This document shows, piece after piece, positions 9,802 to 19,434 of a DNA stretch of 64,000 bases. The position numbers and the translations under genes are program-made. Position 1 is the first letter of the stretch, and each line of letters starts with the position of its first letter. The stretch lies in IMG/VR virus record IMGVR_UViG_3300028364_001588; one strand, written 5' to 3'. Under the pieces are notes generated by a model. The model was given only the letters and a program-made list of their open reading frames with translations. It searched no databases and was not told the DNA's origin. The DNA comes from a virus.

Positions 9802-10610
9802 CTTTTTGACAAAGTAACTGGAGTCAATTTGTAATATTTACCATCTGATGTTTTAATTACTTTAGCGCCACCTTTTATATTAACATTTTCATAAGTAAGC
9901 TTGTTCTTGCTTTTTTCAGTGTATTCACTCAATACTTCAGAAATGGTTTGTTTCGCAATTTCCTGCATCATTTGTTGCATGTTCTCAAAATTAAATTGAG
10001 ATTGCTGTGGAGTTTGGTTTTGAGCTGTACTATTGACAGCGTATTGTAAATATTCTGAAGATTGTTGCTGCGGCTGAGCTTGTTCTTGCATTCTTTTTTG
10101 CTGCATCATAGCTACTGGGTCAAACACTGGCCCAGCTGCTTGAGTAGGCATTGACAATTCTGGTTGAGTAGTTGCCATGTTAGCGTTTGTTTGTTGAGCT
10201 AACGCTGGTTGTTGGGGTGCTCCATATGAGCCTACATCATTACCTCCACCATACATAGCTTCCATAGCTGTAAACTCATTTGAATTTACCGCTCCTCCTC
10301 CAAAGTTTTGTTGAACTGCCACCGCTTTACTTGGGTCGCTAAGTTTATTTCCAGGGTGATTTGGGTTTTTTTTCATCTTTGGTTCTGGAATTCCCTGAAA
10401 CCCACCTTGGCCTTGTACGCTTGATGACTTGACAAGGTTTTGAACCACTTGTCTGTTAGCTCCACTTTTAAGAGCAGCAAGTCTTGCGTGCTTGTCTTGA
10501 TTTGATGCAGTTACTGGCACTGCTGTAGAAACCCCTTCATTCATTTGAGTGATAGGCATTGGTATTCCCATTTTTTTGGCTCTTGCCATTTTTTGTTCTA
10601 ATGCTGTCAT
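9798..10610 (-). CDS. Q/P-rich low-complexity hypothetical protein
   Basis: 270-aa ORF. Confidence 0.7.
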   Translation of the reverse strand: MTALEQKMARAKKMGIPMPITQMNEGVSTAVPVTASNQDKHARLAALKSGANRQVVQNLVKSSSVQGQGGFQGIPEPKMKKNPNHPGNKLSDPSKAVAVQQNFGGGAVNSNEFTAMEAMYGGGNDVGSYGAPQQPALAQQTNANMATTQPELSMPTQAAGPVFDPVAMMQQKRMQEQAQPQQQSSEYLQYAVNSTAQNQTPQQSQFNFENMQQMMQEIAKQTISEVLSEYTEKSKNKLTYENVNIKGGAKVIKTSDGKYYKLTPVTLSKS

Positions 10611-10614
10611 AATA

Positions 10615-11082
10615 TTAATCGCTTATTTCATCTTCGTTTTCGTCTTCATCCTCTTCGTCTTCTGCACTAATCTTTTTAAACTTGATACTCTCCGCTCTCG
10701 TTAAGTCTCTGATATTAGATATTTCGAAGTCGTGAAGAAAATTGAATCTTAAAAATTTAGTAATTTCTTCTGGATTTCTGTCCAAGTCATTAGTGGCCTC
10801 TACATCAACCTCTTCTTTGTTAAATATTCTTAAAAATAATTCATATTCATCCTTGGTCATTTCTGCCTTGATTGTTAGCACACGCTTATCTCTTCCAAAT
10901 TTTCTAAACTTAACGCCTCTACCTATCATTTCAAAGACCATATCTTTAAAGTCTATGTAGCTAACTTGTTCTATTTCTGAATATTTAATCCAATCTCCAT
11001 AAAACTCTTCAAACCTATTCGTAGAATACATATAATGCAAGTCTATCAATATTGGGGTTGTGTTTTTTCTATTTTTTACCAT
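10615..11082 (-). CDS. hypothetical protein
   Basis: 155-aa ORF with an acidic tail. Confidence 0.65.
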   Translation of the reverse strand: MVKNRKNTTPILIDLHYMYSTNRFEEFYGDWIKYSEIEQVSYIDFKDMVFEMIGRGVKFRKFGRDKRVLTIKAEMTKDEYELFLRIFNKEEVDVEATNDLDRNPEEITKFLRFNFLHDFEISNIRDLTRAESIKFKKISAEDEEDEDENEDEISD

Positions 11083-11359
11083 AATTTAAAATAACTACTT
11101 CGTTTTCGTTTACATCCCACCAAGCATAAAGCTCTTCGTTTCTTTTGGGGTGTATAAAAAACAGTTTATCAATTTCTTTTTTATACGAGGTCTTTTTGAA
11201 TCTATTCTTCAATTTATCTACTTGAGATTGAATGTATTCGTCATCACTTTTAATATTAAGCAACTCTTTTTTGGATTCTCTTAAATCTTTTGTAAACCAC
11301 TGAAGCATTAGCTTCCTGTGGCGACTTTGATTATCCATTATTTGCTTGATAGTGTGCAT
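11069..11359 (-). CDS. hypothetical protein
   Basis: 96-aa ORF; TATATTTC promoter-like element upstream. Confidence 0.6.
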   Translation of the reverse strand: MHTIKQIMDNQSRHRKLMLQWFTKDLRESKKELLNIKSDDEYIQSQVDKLKNRFKKTSYKKEIDKLFFIHPKRNEELYAWWDVNENEVVILNYGKK

Positions 11360-11403
11360 AAGCCTTATTGAAATATAATATATAGCTAATCTAAATTAAA
11401 TAG

Positions 11404-12069
11404 TTACGCTGCAGGAATTTCTTCTGCTCCTCCCATTTCTGGTTCAGCAGGCATCTCTGCTGATGGTTCAGCTTGCATTTCTGGCTCTGCCGTTTCTTGG
11501 CCTGGTTGGATTGTCAACTTCTCTCTCCAATCTTTTTGCCAAGCATCATAATGGTTATAAAGTTTTTCTAACAAACGCTTATTGCCTTGCTCAACAACTA
11601 AGTCTTCTGTAGAAATGGTTAACCCATTTTTAAGAGAATAAGCAAATTTAACATTTCCTTTGTTTCCCATTTCAATTGCGCCTGATGCCCCAGCTTCAAT
11701 ACCTTCTGGTCCAATCCACATTTTAAGAGAATAACCATTTGATTGTGCGTCAAACACAACAGAGGCACCATCAATTTCTTGAAGCATTTCTTCGAACGAG
11801 TCCTCGAACTCAGTTATTTCTATAGAATTTATTTGAGGAATACCGCTTTCATAGTTTTCTCTAATTGTGATTGGCTGTGGAATACCGTTTTTGTCTGGCT
11901 TATTTCCACCATAAAACATGTTGTATTCTATTTCATCCTCAGAAAGACCTTTTGGTTTAAAGATTCTGTTTTTTTGGTCCTCTTTTTCCTTAGAGCTACT
12001 TCTAAGTGTTTCGAAAGCAAGAGCGCTAACTTCTTGCCTTATCATTTCTAATAATTCTTCTTTGTTCAT
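11404..12069 (-). CDS. putative head-internal hypothetical protein
   Basis: N-terminal LLEMIRQEV; C-terminal AEPEM repeats. Confidence 0.7.
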   Translation of the reverse strand: MNKEELLEMIRQEVSALAFETLRSSSKEKEDQKNRIFKPKGLSEDEIEYNMFYGGNKPDKNGIPQPITIRENYESGIPQINSIEITEFEDSFEEMLQEIDGASVVFDAQSNGYSLKMWIGPEGIEAGASGAIEMGNKGNVKFAYSLKNGLTISTEDLVVEQGNKRLLEKLYNHYDAWQKDWREKLTIQPGQETAEPEMQAEPSAEMPAEPEMGGAEEIPAA

Positions 12070-12073
12070 ATCT

Positions 12074-12286
12074 TTAAATTTGACTCATCCACATACCTTT
12101 TTTCTCCCACATCCACTTGTGGTAAGAAAGCATGGTTTTTTTAATAATTTCTTTTACTTCCTTTTCGGTCATAAAGTTTTTAACCTCTTCCTTGGCTATT
12201 TTCTTAACCTCAGCTTTATCTGGAACGCTGGTCATGTGACTCTTTAAAACGCTCTTTACAATATCTCTTACTTCCTTTTCAGTCAT
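12074..12286 (-). CDS. small hypothetical protein with internal duplication
   Basis: MTEKEV occurs twice. Confidence 0.65.
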   Translation of the reverse strand: MTEKEVRDIVKSVLKSHMTSVPDKAEVKKIAKEEVKNFMTEKEVKEIIKKTMLSYHKWMWEKKGMWMSQI

Positions 12287-12288
12287 TG

Positions 12289-13197
12289 TTATCCGTTTAC
12301 TTTTTCTTTAACTCTATTGAGAACTTCAAACACTCTGTGGTCTGGATACATATCTCGCTTGTCTTTACGAACATTTGTATGTGTCCATATTCCAGGAGTT
12401 TTATCTTTTACAAGAACCTCATTATACTCTGCCCAATCTCTATCAAAATTTATATTCTGAACTGGTATTTTATATTCACCAATAATCCAGACAAGCAACC
12501 TCTCAAGAGATTCCATTTGTTTATCAGAAGCCATGTGGTAGTATTTCTTACCTCTCCATTCTTCATCAAGAGTGTAAACTTCTTCAACAGGAACCTCGGT
12601 TCCATAATAGTTATAGAATTTATCTCCTTTTTTATCAAGCCCTCCCCATGCGCAAATCTCAATACCTATTGAGTGCTTCTCTATTTTTCCCTTAGTTCCT
12701 TTTACTCCAAGGTGATAGCTCCAGTAGTCTGGATTATGAGCTTCAAATATCTTTCCATCTTCAAGACCTCTACCATTCATTACATATGCGGTAGCGACTC
12801 TTGGAGAATTCCCGTCCCAATATTTAATCACCTTTCTTGCATCAGGACCACCAACTGTATAGTGTATAAATATTTTATCCTTATCAAAAACTTGCTTCAT
12901 ATATTGTTCAGAGCCCATGTGGTGTTCTGAGTCAACAATGAGTTCTCCATAATTTTTTGCCACAATAAAACTGCTTCTCTCTTCTTTTGCTGTTCTTTTC
13001 TGAGCAGCCTTCAATGCTGAAAAAGTTTGTTCTCCAGCAATCCCGTCAACTAAGAGTCTATACTTTTTTTGAAAGGCTTTCAATGACCTTACGGTCTTAT
13101 TCCCGAAGTCTCCATCAATAACCAAATCATACCCAAGCATTGAGAGATATTTTTGCAGCTGCGACACTTCTTTTCCTTTATCTCCTAATGTTATCAT
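12289..13197 (-). CDS. endolysin: peptidoglycan-binding domain plus N-acetylmuramoyl-L-alanine amidase (Amidase_2)
   Basis: LGDKGKEVSQLQ...DGDFGNKT...FQ...DGIAG PG-binding domain; IFIHYT, SIGIEI and TH...KRD amidase motifs. ATG at 13197 preferred because the TATTTATA motif lies at 13209-13216. Confidence 0.85.
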   Translation of the reverse strand: MITLGDKGKEVSQLQKYLSMLGYDLVIDGDFGNKTVRSLKAFQKKYRLLVDGIAGEQTFSALKAAQKRTAKEERSSFIVAKNYGELIVDSEHHMGSEQYMKQVFDKDKIFIHYTVGGPDARKVIKYWDGNSPRVATAYVMNGRGLEDGKIFEAHNPDYWSYHLGVKGTKGKIEKHSIGIEICAWGGLDKKGDKFYNYYGTEVPVEEVYTLDEEWRGKKYYHMASDKQMESLERLLVWIIGEYKIPVQNINFDRDWAEYNEVLVKDKTPGIWTHTNVRKDKRDMYPDHRVFEVLNRVKEKVNG

Positions 13198-13327
13198 AAT
13201 AATTTTCTTATAAATAGGCAATAAAATTCGTTTCTAAACTTAGAAAAATAGGCTATTTATAATAAAAATAGAACATTTTTTAATTAATATCGTATAAGAA
13301 GATAGAACCAATAAAAAAATAGAAATT

Positions 13328-13681
13328 ATGAAAAGTATTGAAAACGATATTCTTGACCAAGTTGAATTAGAAGGATTAACTGCAGAGCAAGTAGACTCAA
13401 TGTCAAATTTTGAAATTAAAGAATTTCAAAGAAGCGAGAGTAATGATAAAATTAATTCACAAAAAAAGAAAGTTGAATTTGCATTAGTTAGCGCTTTGTT
13501 TTTTTTACTATGTGCATCATTCCTTTATGCTAATCCGATTTTAAGTGCTTATATCTCAATCGCCCCTTTAGTTGTATCAATTGCATTCTCTATTAAGGCT
13601 GGAGTTTCTCATGAAAACCTTAAATTAGAAAGAGCGAGCAGAAGCATGCTTGAATCTTTTTACGAAGATAACGAATTATAA
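13328..13681 (+). CDS. two-TM membrane protein
   Basis: Two hydrophobic helices; divergent from the endolysin. Confidence 0.65.
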   Translation: MKSIENDILDQVELEGLTAEQVDSMSNFEIKEFQRSESNDKINSQKKKVEFALVSALFFLLCASFLYANPILSAYISIAPLVVSIAFSIKAGVSHENLKLERASRSMLESFYEDNEL

Positions 13682-13697
13682 TATTTATCCTAAAAAC

Positions 13698-13733
13698 AAA
13701 AAAAGGGTCTCAAATTATTGAGACCCTTTTTTT
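13698..13733. terminator. bidirectional intrinsic terminator
   Basis: A-run GGGTCTCAA-N4-TTGAGACCC T-run between convergent genes. Confidence 0.85.
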
Positions 13734-13751
13734 ATAAGTTATTTTTTCTGA

Positions 13752-14207
13752 TTACTCTCCAGCTCCAGTTCCACCGAATGAACCACCTTTGTTAAGCCCA
13801 AGGCCTGCCCAGTTTATATCTCCAGAAGCTCTGTAGTTCATAAGTTGAGTCTCTTTGTCTAAACCTGGCTTACCTTCGAAGTTATCTGCAGCAGCTTGTG
13901 CCATAAGGTCGTCAAGCATCTCTTGATTCATTCCTCTGATTGCTCCTTTTTGCTTCCAAATCTTAGCATATTTAAGGAATTCGCTTCTCATCTTTTCTTC
14001 TTTAGCTTTTGGGCTGGTTCCAAGAAAATCTCCGATTCTTCCTTCTTCCATTCCGCATTCTTCAACATAAGACTCTCCAAGTAAACCTTTAAGTTCTGCT
14101 TGAAGTGATTTTTTTTCATTTTCGAGCAACGCTCTTTTGTTGAGTTTCATTGCTTCTTCTTTGATGATAGCTCTGAACTCCTCAAGGTTTATTTCTTTTT
14201 TTGCCAT
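13752..14207 (-). CDS. putative head-internal hypothetical protein
   Basis: N-terminal FRAIIKEEA; TATTTATT at 14238-14245. Confidence 0.7.
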   Translation of the reverse strand: MAKKEINLEEFRAIIKEEAMKLNKRALLENEKKSLQAELKGLLGESYVEECGMEEGRIGDFLGTSPKAKEEKMRSEFLKYAKIWKQKGAIRGMNQEMLDDLMAQAAADNFEGKPGLDKETQLMNYRASGDINWAGLGLNKGGSFGGTGAGE

Positions 14208-14271
14208 GACAATATTTTGTTAATAACGGTTGTTTACAATAAATATGGTAAAAAAAGAAAAACTGTTGGAC

Positions 14272-16203
14272 TTATTTTAATTTATTAATTAATGATTTCA
14301 GTATACTTTCACCCCCCCTTTGGGCATTATTTACATAATCTTTGTTATCAAGAACTTTACTAACAACTTGAGATTTATTATTAAGTAGTTCATTGATGTC
14401 TTCATCAATGGTGTCTACACATATATAGGTTATTATTTGAATATTATCGTGCTCAGTTGTGGCTCGGTGAATTCGGTCAGATGCCTGTTCCATATCTCCT
14501 GGCGTCCATGCGAAACCTATAAATATAAGCTTTGACGCTTCTGTAAGAGTTATCCCAACTCCAGAGGCTCCAATCATTCCGCAGAATAAATTAACTTTCT
14601 TGTCCTCTTGGAATCTATCGACAGATGACTGCTTTTCTTCCATACCCATGCTTCCAGTGTGAATAACTGCAGAGTGCTTGTATTCTTTATATAGAGTCTC
14701 TGCTAATATTTGATAGTCTGACATCACAACAAGTTTTTCATCATTACTTGTAATGTCAGTTATAACACCGTCTTTAATCATCTTCTGGAGCTTAATCATT
14801 CCAGTAAACTGCTTCAGTTTGTGAATTTTTTCAAGGTAACCTTCTTCTATTTCTTCTTCAGTACCGTCTTGATTTACAACTGTTTTCAATTCTTTTACAA
14901 GTTTGTTATATTCTTTCCTTTCTGTAGGTGTAAGTTCTATTTCAATTTCAGTATAAGTCTTGGGAGGAAGCTGAGATAAAACATCTTTTTTAAGCCTTCT
15001 AAGGAAGTATGGCGAAATTCTGGTAAATAGCTCTTCGAGATTAGAAGCGCCACCGTAGTCCCACCCAAAATTACTTTCAAAGGCAGCGCAATACCTTATT
15101 CCAAAGTCATGAGATGAATTCCACATTTCTGGGTCCATAAAATTAAGACCAGAGAAGAATTCCATTGGCCTCGATTTAATAGCCGTTCCAGATATAAGTA
15201 TTTTCTTTTCAACTGTGTCTCTAAATGCTCTCTTGATGATTTGTGTCCAATCTGTTTTTACAGATTTTATTCTGTGAAACTCATCAATAACAACCATATC
15301 GTAATCATCTGGGTCAAGAATAGAGCCATCTTTATCTTGAATATAGGCAACGCCTTTTATTCTTGTTTTAAATGAATTAGCGTTTTTACAGTCTTCACAT
15401 TTTTTATGCTTCTTTGTTAGGTCGATTATTTCACAACCACATCTTTGAGTGCCTTTCCCAGGAACAATTACATTACCTTGGCATTTGTGACTATATTCAA
15501 GTTTAATATAACTCTGAATTGATTCGTAATTAATAATATGAAACAAACTCTCGTCCTTATTGTAATTGATGTTGCCGCTTCTTTTTGCTGGCTTGTATTT
15601 ATAAACATGAGCCTTCTCGTTACTGAAGTTAAGAACTTCTTTTCTCCAGTTTAGTTTAAGTGAAGCAGGGCATATAACAAGGGTTTTTAATTTATGTTTA
15701 GCCGCATAAGTTATTGGAGGAAGAGTTTTACCAACTCCAGGTTGGTCACCAAGAATTGCTTTTCCATTATTTACTTCAAAAAACTTTACAGCCTGTTTTT
15801 GGTAATCGTATGGAGGAATCTTCATGTGGTCGAAGTCAGAATCTTTAAAAACAAGTGATGTCTCTTTTAATTTAAGTGCATCAGAAATTCTATTCTGTCT
15901 ATCAATATACTCTTTCCTAAGACCATTTAATTCTCCTTCGGTAAGATTTTCAAACGTAAATGGGATTGAGTTATCTACTAAAAAGGAAATGATATTTCCC
16001 ATTTGTACCTCTCTAATAATTCTTACCCACTCGTCTCTGTGGCCACCATTTACATCAAGAACATTATCAACTCTAATGTCTCTGTGCTCTTTTGGAAGCG
16101 TCTTGATGTACGTGGTTAAGATTTTTAAGTAATCATACCTTAACTCGTAATTAGTTCTTAGCTTCCTTATTCTAACTGGGGTTATTTCTTTTTTTTTCGC
16201 CAT
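14272..16203 (-). CDS. SNF2-family (SMARCAL1/HARP-like) helicase with Cys-rich insertion
   Basis: GDQPGVGKT, CPASLKLNW, DEFH, SGT, LRRLKKDVL and QASDRIHR motifs. Confidence 0.88.
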   Translation of the reverse strand: MAKKKEITPVRIRKLRTNYELRYDYLKILTTYIKTLPKEHRDIRVDNVLDVNGGHRDEWVRIIREVQMGNIISFLVDNSIPFTFENLTEGELNGLRKEYIDRQNRISDALKLKETSLVFKDSDFDHMKIPPYDYQKQAVKFFEVNNGKAILGDQPGVGKTLPPITYAAKHKLKTLVICPASLKLNWRKEVLNFSNEKAHVYKYKPAKRSGNINYNKDESLFHIINYESIQSYIKLEYSHKCQGNVIVPGKGTQRCGCEIIDLTKKHKKCEDCKNANSFKTRIKGVAYIQDKDGSILDPDDYDMVVIDEFHRIKSVKTDWTQIIKRAFRDTVEKKILISGTAIKSRPMEFFSGLNFMDPEMWNSSHDFGIRYCAAFESNFGWDYGGASNLEELFTRISPYFLRRLKKDVLSQLPPKTYTEIEIELTPTERKEYNKLVKELKTVVNQDGTEEEIEEGYLEKIHKLKQFTGMIKLQKMIKDGVITDITSNDEKLVVMSDYQILAETLYKEYKHSAVIHTGSMGMEEKQSSVDRFQEDKKVNLFCGMIGASGVGITLTEASKLIFIGFAWTPGDMEQASDRIHRATTEHDNIQIITYICVDTIDEDINELLNNKSQVVSKVLDNKDYVNNAQRGGESILKSLINKLK

Positions 16204-16205
16204 TA

Positions 16206-16571
16206 TTAAATGCTTTGCTTTTTCTTTTTCTTTCTTAAGTTTTCTGCCCTCTTAATATAGACTTCTTCTTTTCTTATGCTTTCTTTTTTGTCAACAATGG
16301 CTTTCTCTAATTTTGTTAAAGAAATAATTTCACCTTTGTATTCTCCAATTGATGTTGCCTTTGTGCCTTTTCTTGATTGCACGGTTTCACGAACTATTTC
16401 AGCCAAGAGACGCACGTCCTGCATAGAATGTCTCACATCTACTCCAGCAGTTTTATTTCCCCTAAGATTTTGCTCCACTCTCTTCTTGCTCTTCTCAGCA
16501 ACTTCGATTATCTTGTGTAACAAATCAAGTTCGTTGTAATCTCTCAGCTTTTCTAATTCATTTAGCTCCAT
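16206..16571 (-). CDS. histone H1-like (Hc1-type) DNA-binding protein
   Basis: GNKTAGVDVRHSMQDVRLLAEIVR resembles the GNKAAGTRARK...R core of the Hc1 family. Confidence 0.6.
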   Translation of the reverse strand: MELNELEKLRDYNELDLLHKIIEVAEKSKKRVEQNLRGNKTAGVDVRHSMQDVRLLAEIVRETVQSRKGTKATSIGEYKGEIISLTKLEKAIVDKKESIRKEEVYIKRAENLRKKKKKQSI

Positions 16572-16962
16572 CTTCTTTTTTATTAATTTCTTTAACTTTA
16601 TCTTCTAATTTTCCAGTGTCTTTAATACCTTGTTTGGCCAGCTCTTTTTCATGTCTCCTCTTTCTGATTACATCTGAAACAGTTATTTCATTTATCATCG
16701 CTTGATATAGGTCAATTGCAAATCTATCGTCAGTATAAATATCTGTATCAATCTTGTACCAAGACTTCCCTGACATCTTGATTTTCTCACCATCAGTTTC
16801 TCCTTCTTTGAAATCAATCCAAAAAAAACCAACCATGTCTTCTTCATCATTTATTCTCTTGATAACTTCAGCTTCGGGGTTTAATAACCTTAATCCTTTA
16901 GTTTCAATTTCTTTCACGTTATCACTTACGTAATCAAGAATTTCCCTTTTCGTGTAGTACAT
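16558..16962 (-). CDS. hypothetical protein
   Basis: 134-aa ORF within the operon. Confidence 0.65.
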   Translation of the reverse strand: MYYTKREILDYVSDNVKEIETKGLRLLNPEAEVIKRINDEEDMVGFFWIDFKEGETDGEKIKMSGKSWYKIDTDIYTDDRFAIDLYQAMINEITVSDVIRKRRHEKELAKQGIKDTGKLEDKVKEINKKEDGAK

Positions 16963-16963
16963 A

Positions 16964-18439
16964 TTATTTTAATTTAGCATTAATACATTCTTGAATCTTC
17001 TTAGCAGATTTAGCTCCAATACCTTTAAGAATAGTAAAATCTTCTATCTTTTTCAAGTTACCATAGTTAGTAATATCATTGTTAGCAAGAGCTTTTATGA
17101 TTTTAGCGTCATCAATTATATTCTCAACCTTGGTATTTGCTCTGATTGTTTTCTTCTTTTCTTTTAAAACAACATCTGAAGGTTCTCTCTCATCTGATTC
17201 GATGTTATCAAAACTTTCTTTTTTAAACGACTTATTAAAACGAAGCCTCTCTTTTGTTTCAATAATGTCTTTATTTTTCTTGGTTGTATTAGTTTTATTG
17301 ATTTCTTCAATCTCTCCTATATATTGTGATAAATTCATACCTACAGCATCAAGAACTTTGGCTATATCAATAATTTCTAAAAATGAACTATCAAAATTAA
17401 ACCCTCCAACGTTGAAGTCGAATTTGATTATATTGGCTCCATAAGTATAGATGTCGAGGTCTATCTCAAAATTAAGACTGAAATCGTTTACGTCCGACTT
17501 AGGTTTATCGTATGTAAATACGTAAATGTCACTATTTGCGCTAACATTTGATTTCCCAGATAAAGTCTTTCTTCTGTAGTTGATGTTTTTTTCACCTTTT
17601 CCAAGCTTATCAATTCCTTCTTTAAGTTTTCCAACAAAAAACTCTACCTCTTCTTTTCTTGCTGGAGTTAATTTGTAGTTTGTTTTAACAAAAGTCTTTG
17701 ATGCTGGGGCTGCTAAGTTAAAGCCCATTCCAGAAATGGGATTTGGAGTCAATAGATTTGACGCTGGCTTGTTGATTGCTGTCTTGATGTCGTCTTTTTT
17801 TTCTCCTCTTTTAAGTTCAGAAATCCTATCCATCAAATCACTTCTATCAGAATCTGAGGCTTTTTCTTTATTAACGAGCTCAGAAAATCTATCTTTTAAA
17901 ATACTTCCGCTACCAGAGTCTTTAGGTTTTGACTCATCGACTCTATCCACACCTTTGCCCGCTATGCTCTTGCTTTCATATAAGTCATCAAGCTCATCCA
18001 TAGGAGATTTTATTCTCTCTTTAAAAAGCTCTTTTTTATTTCCAGTAACAAACCTGCTCATTCTATCAACATCAAATTTGAATCCTCTGTACTCAAAGAT
18101 TCTACCTGGCTCGTATGGTAGCGTATCTAAGTCGTCTTCTTTTGACTTTCTCTTATCTTCTTTGCTTGATTCTTTTGTTATCGACTCTATGTCTTCTGAG
18201 TTAGTATTGATTCCGTGTTCAAAAACTGTCTCAACTATTTCTAATTCTTCTTTTTTTATTTTCTTACTTTTTGTTGCGAACATATCTTTTCGCAATTCTT
18301 TAAGAATTTGTTTTTTAAGTTTTTTGATTTCCTTCTTAGAGGTACCATAAAGCTCCTTAACAACCGATGCTTGAATTTCAGCTTCAATTTGTTTTTTAGC
18401 ATTGTTTTTAATGCCTTCGATTAATTTTTGTTTTCCCAT
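16964..18439 (-). CDS. K/E-rich protein with C-terminal helix-hairpin-helix motif
   Basis: LKGIGAKSAKKI HhH motif. Confidence 0.65.
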   Translation of the reverse strand: MGKQKLIEGIKNNAKKQIEAEIQASVVKELYGTSKKEIKKLKKQILKELRKDMFATKSKKIKKEELEIVETVFEHGINTNSEDIESITKESSKEDKRKSKEDDLDTLPYEPGRIFEYRGFKFDVDRMSRFVTGNKKELFKERIKSPMDELDDLYESKSIAGKGVDRVDESKPKDSGSGSILKDRFSELVNKEKASDSDRSDLMDRISELKRGEKKDDIKTAINKPASNLLTPNPISGMGFNLAAPASKTFVKTNYKLTPARKEEVEFFVGKLKEGIDKLGKGEKNINYRRKTLSGKSNVSANSDIYVFTYDKPKSDVNDFSLNFEIDLDIYTYGANIIKFDFNVGGFNFDSSFLEIIDIAKVLDAVGMNLSQYIGEIEEINKTNTTKKNKDIIETKERLRFNKSFKKESFDNIESDEREPSDVVLKEKKKTIRANTKVENIIDDAKIIKALANNDITNYGNLKKIEDFTILKGIGAKSAKKIQECINAKLK

Positions 18440-18444
18440 TATTT

Positions 18445-19359
18445 CTATTTGTTTTCAGTTTTGTAATCAAGCAATATTTGTTTGTCTTGATTTTTGTTAT
18501 TATTACACAGAGGGTGTCTTCCTCCTTTAAATTTGCAAAACATACATCCGAGAAACTCGTTTCCTGTATGCTTTATTTTTGGAAATCTTTTATTAATATG
18601 AATACTCTCAACTGTTTCTGCCAGCTTTTCAAGTGATTCGTAAATTTCTTCTTTAGTTGAATTTACTTCTACGAACTGAATTCCTCCAGTACCAGACTCA
18701 GGTTTTTTTTTGTTCTTAAGTCTGTTTAGAACAATGTATTCACAACCAATGTCATCAAGATTAATTTCATTTTTTCTTGCCCAGAAGTATTTATAAAATC
18801 TCATTTGCGCAAGAAAGGCTTCGTCAGCCATTTTCTTTTTTACATTCCACTTCTGGCCAGATGTCTTCCAGTCGATTATAACATACCTCCCAGTCTCTCT
18901 ATCTTGAACTACAAGGTCTATAAACCCCTTAAAGTAGAACTCTCCGTATACGTGCTCAAACAAAGGTTCTTCTACTGATATTATTTTGTATTTTTTAATA
19001 ATATCCTCAACAGACAAAGCATTTAGCAGCTCTTCTCCCTGCTGAAGGAACTCGTTAAGCTCTTGTTGGAAACCTGGTTCATCTTTCATGTTGTCAAGCA
19101 TGTCTTTTGTAAAGGTTCTTTTAAAGAAATCAACCCTTCTCTTTAACCCAACTGATTCTTTTAAAGTTTTTTCGAGAGCAGCATGCATAGCATTTCCGAA
19201 AAACAAATGCACAGTCATTGACTGCTCTGTTAGTTTCAGATGCTTCTCAACCAGATGTCGATGACCACATTGGTTAAACAGGTTGAACTCACTAAAGCTA
19301 ATATGAATTTTATTAGCATATTTAGTATTAAGCGCTGTATAGTTTGAATCCTTGTTCAT
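18445..19359 (-). CDS. PD-(D/E)XK exonuclease (RecB/AddB/Cas4-like, probable Fe-S)
   Basis: SFSE...QC, FGNAMHAALE, GFIDLV, IIDWKT, QMRFY and CMFC...C. Confidence 0.82.
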   Translation of the reverse strand: MNKDSNYTALNTKYANKIHISFSEFNLFNQCGHRHLVEKHLKLTEQSMTVHLFFGNAMHAALEKTLKESVGLKRRVDFFKRTFTKDMLDNMKDEPGFQQELNEFLQQGEELLNALSVEDIIKKYKIISVEEPLFEHVYGEFYFKGFIDLVVQDRETGRYVIIDWKTSGQKWNVKKKMADEAFLAQMRFYKYFWARKNEINLDDIGCEYIVLNRLKNKKKPESGTGGIQFVEVNSTKEEIYESLEKLAETVESIHINKRFPKIKHTGNEFLGCMFCKFKGGRHPLCNNNKNQDKQILLDYKTENK

Positions 19360-19434
19360 TTTTATTAGCGGGTTTTACTAAATAGAAGAAAAAAATAGCT
19401 AAAAATCAAAAATTTAGAAGATTTTTATTGAATT

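Noticed and set aside
13328-13681. Holin call for the membrane protein next to the endolysin
   Set aside because: Only adjacency and two TM segments support it; it is divergently transcribed and has no recognisable holin motif.
18445-19359. CRISPR Cas4 / CRISPR system
   Set aside because: No repeat-spacer array or other cas genes in the window; stand-alone PD-(D/E)XK nucleases are common in phage recombination clusters.
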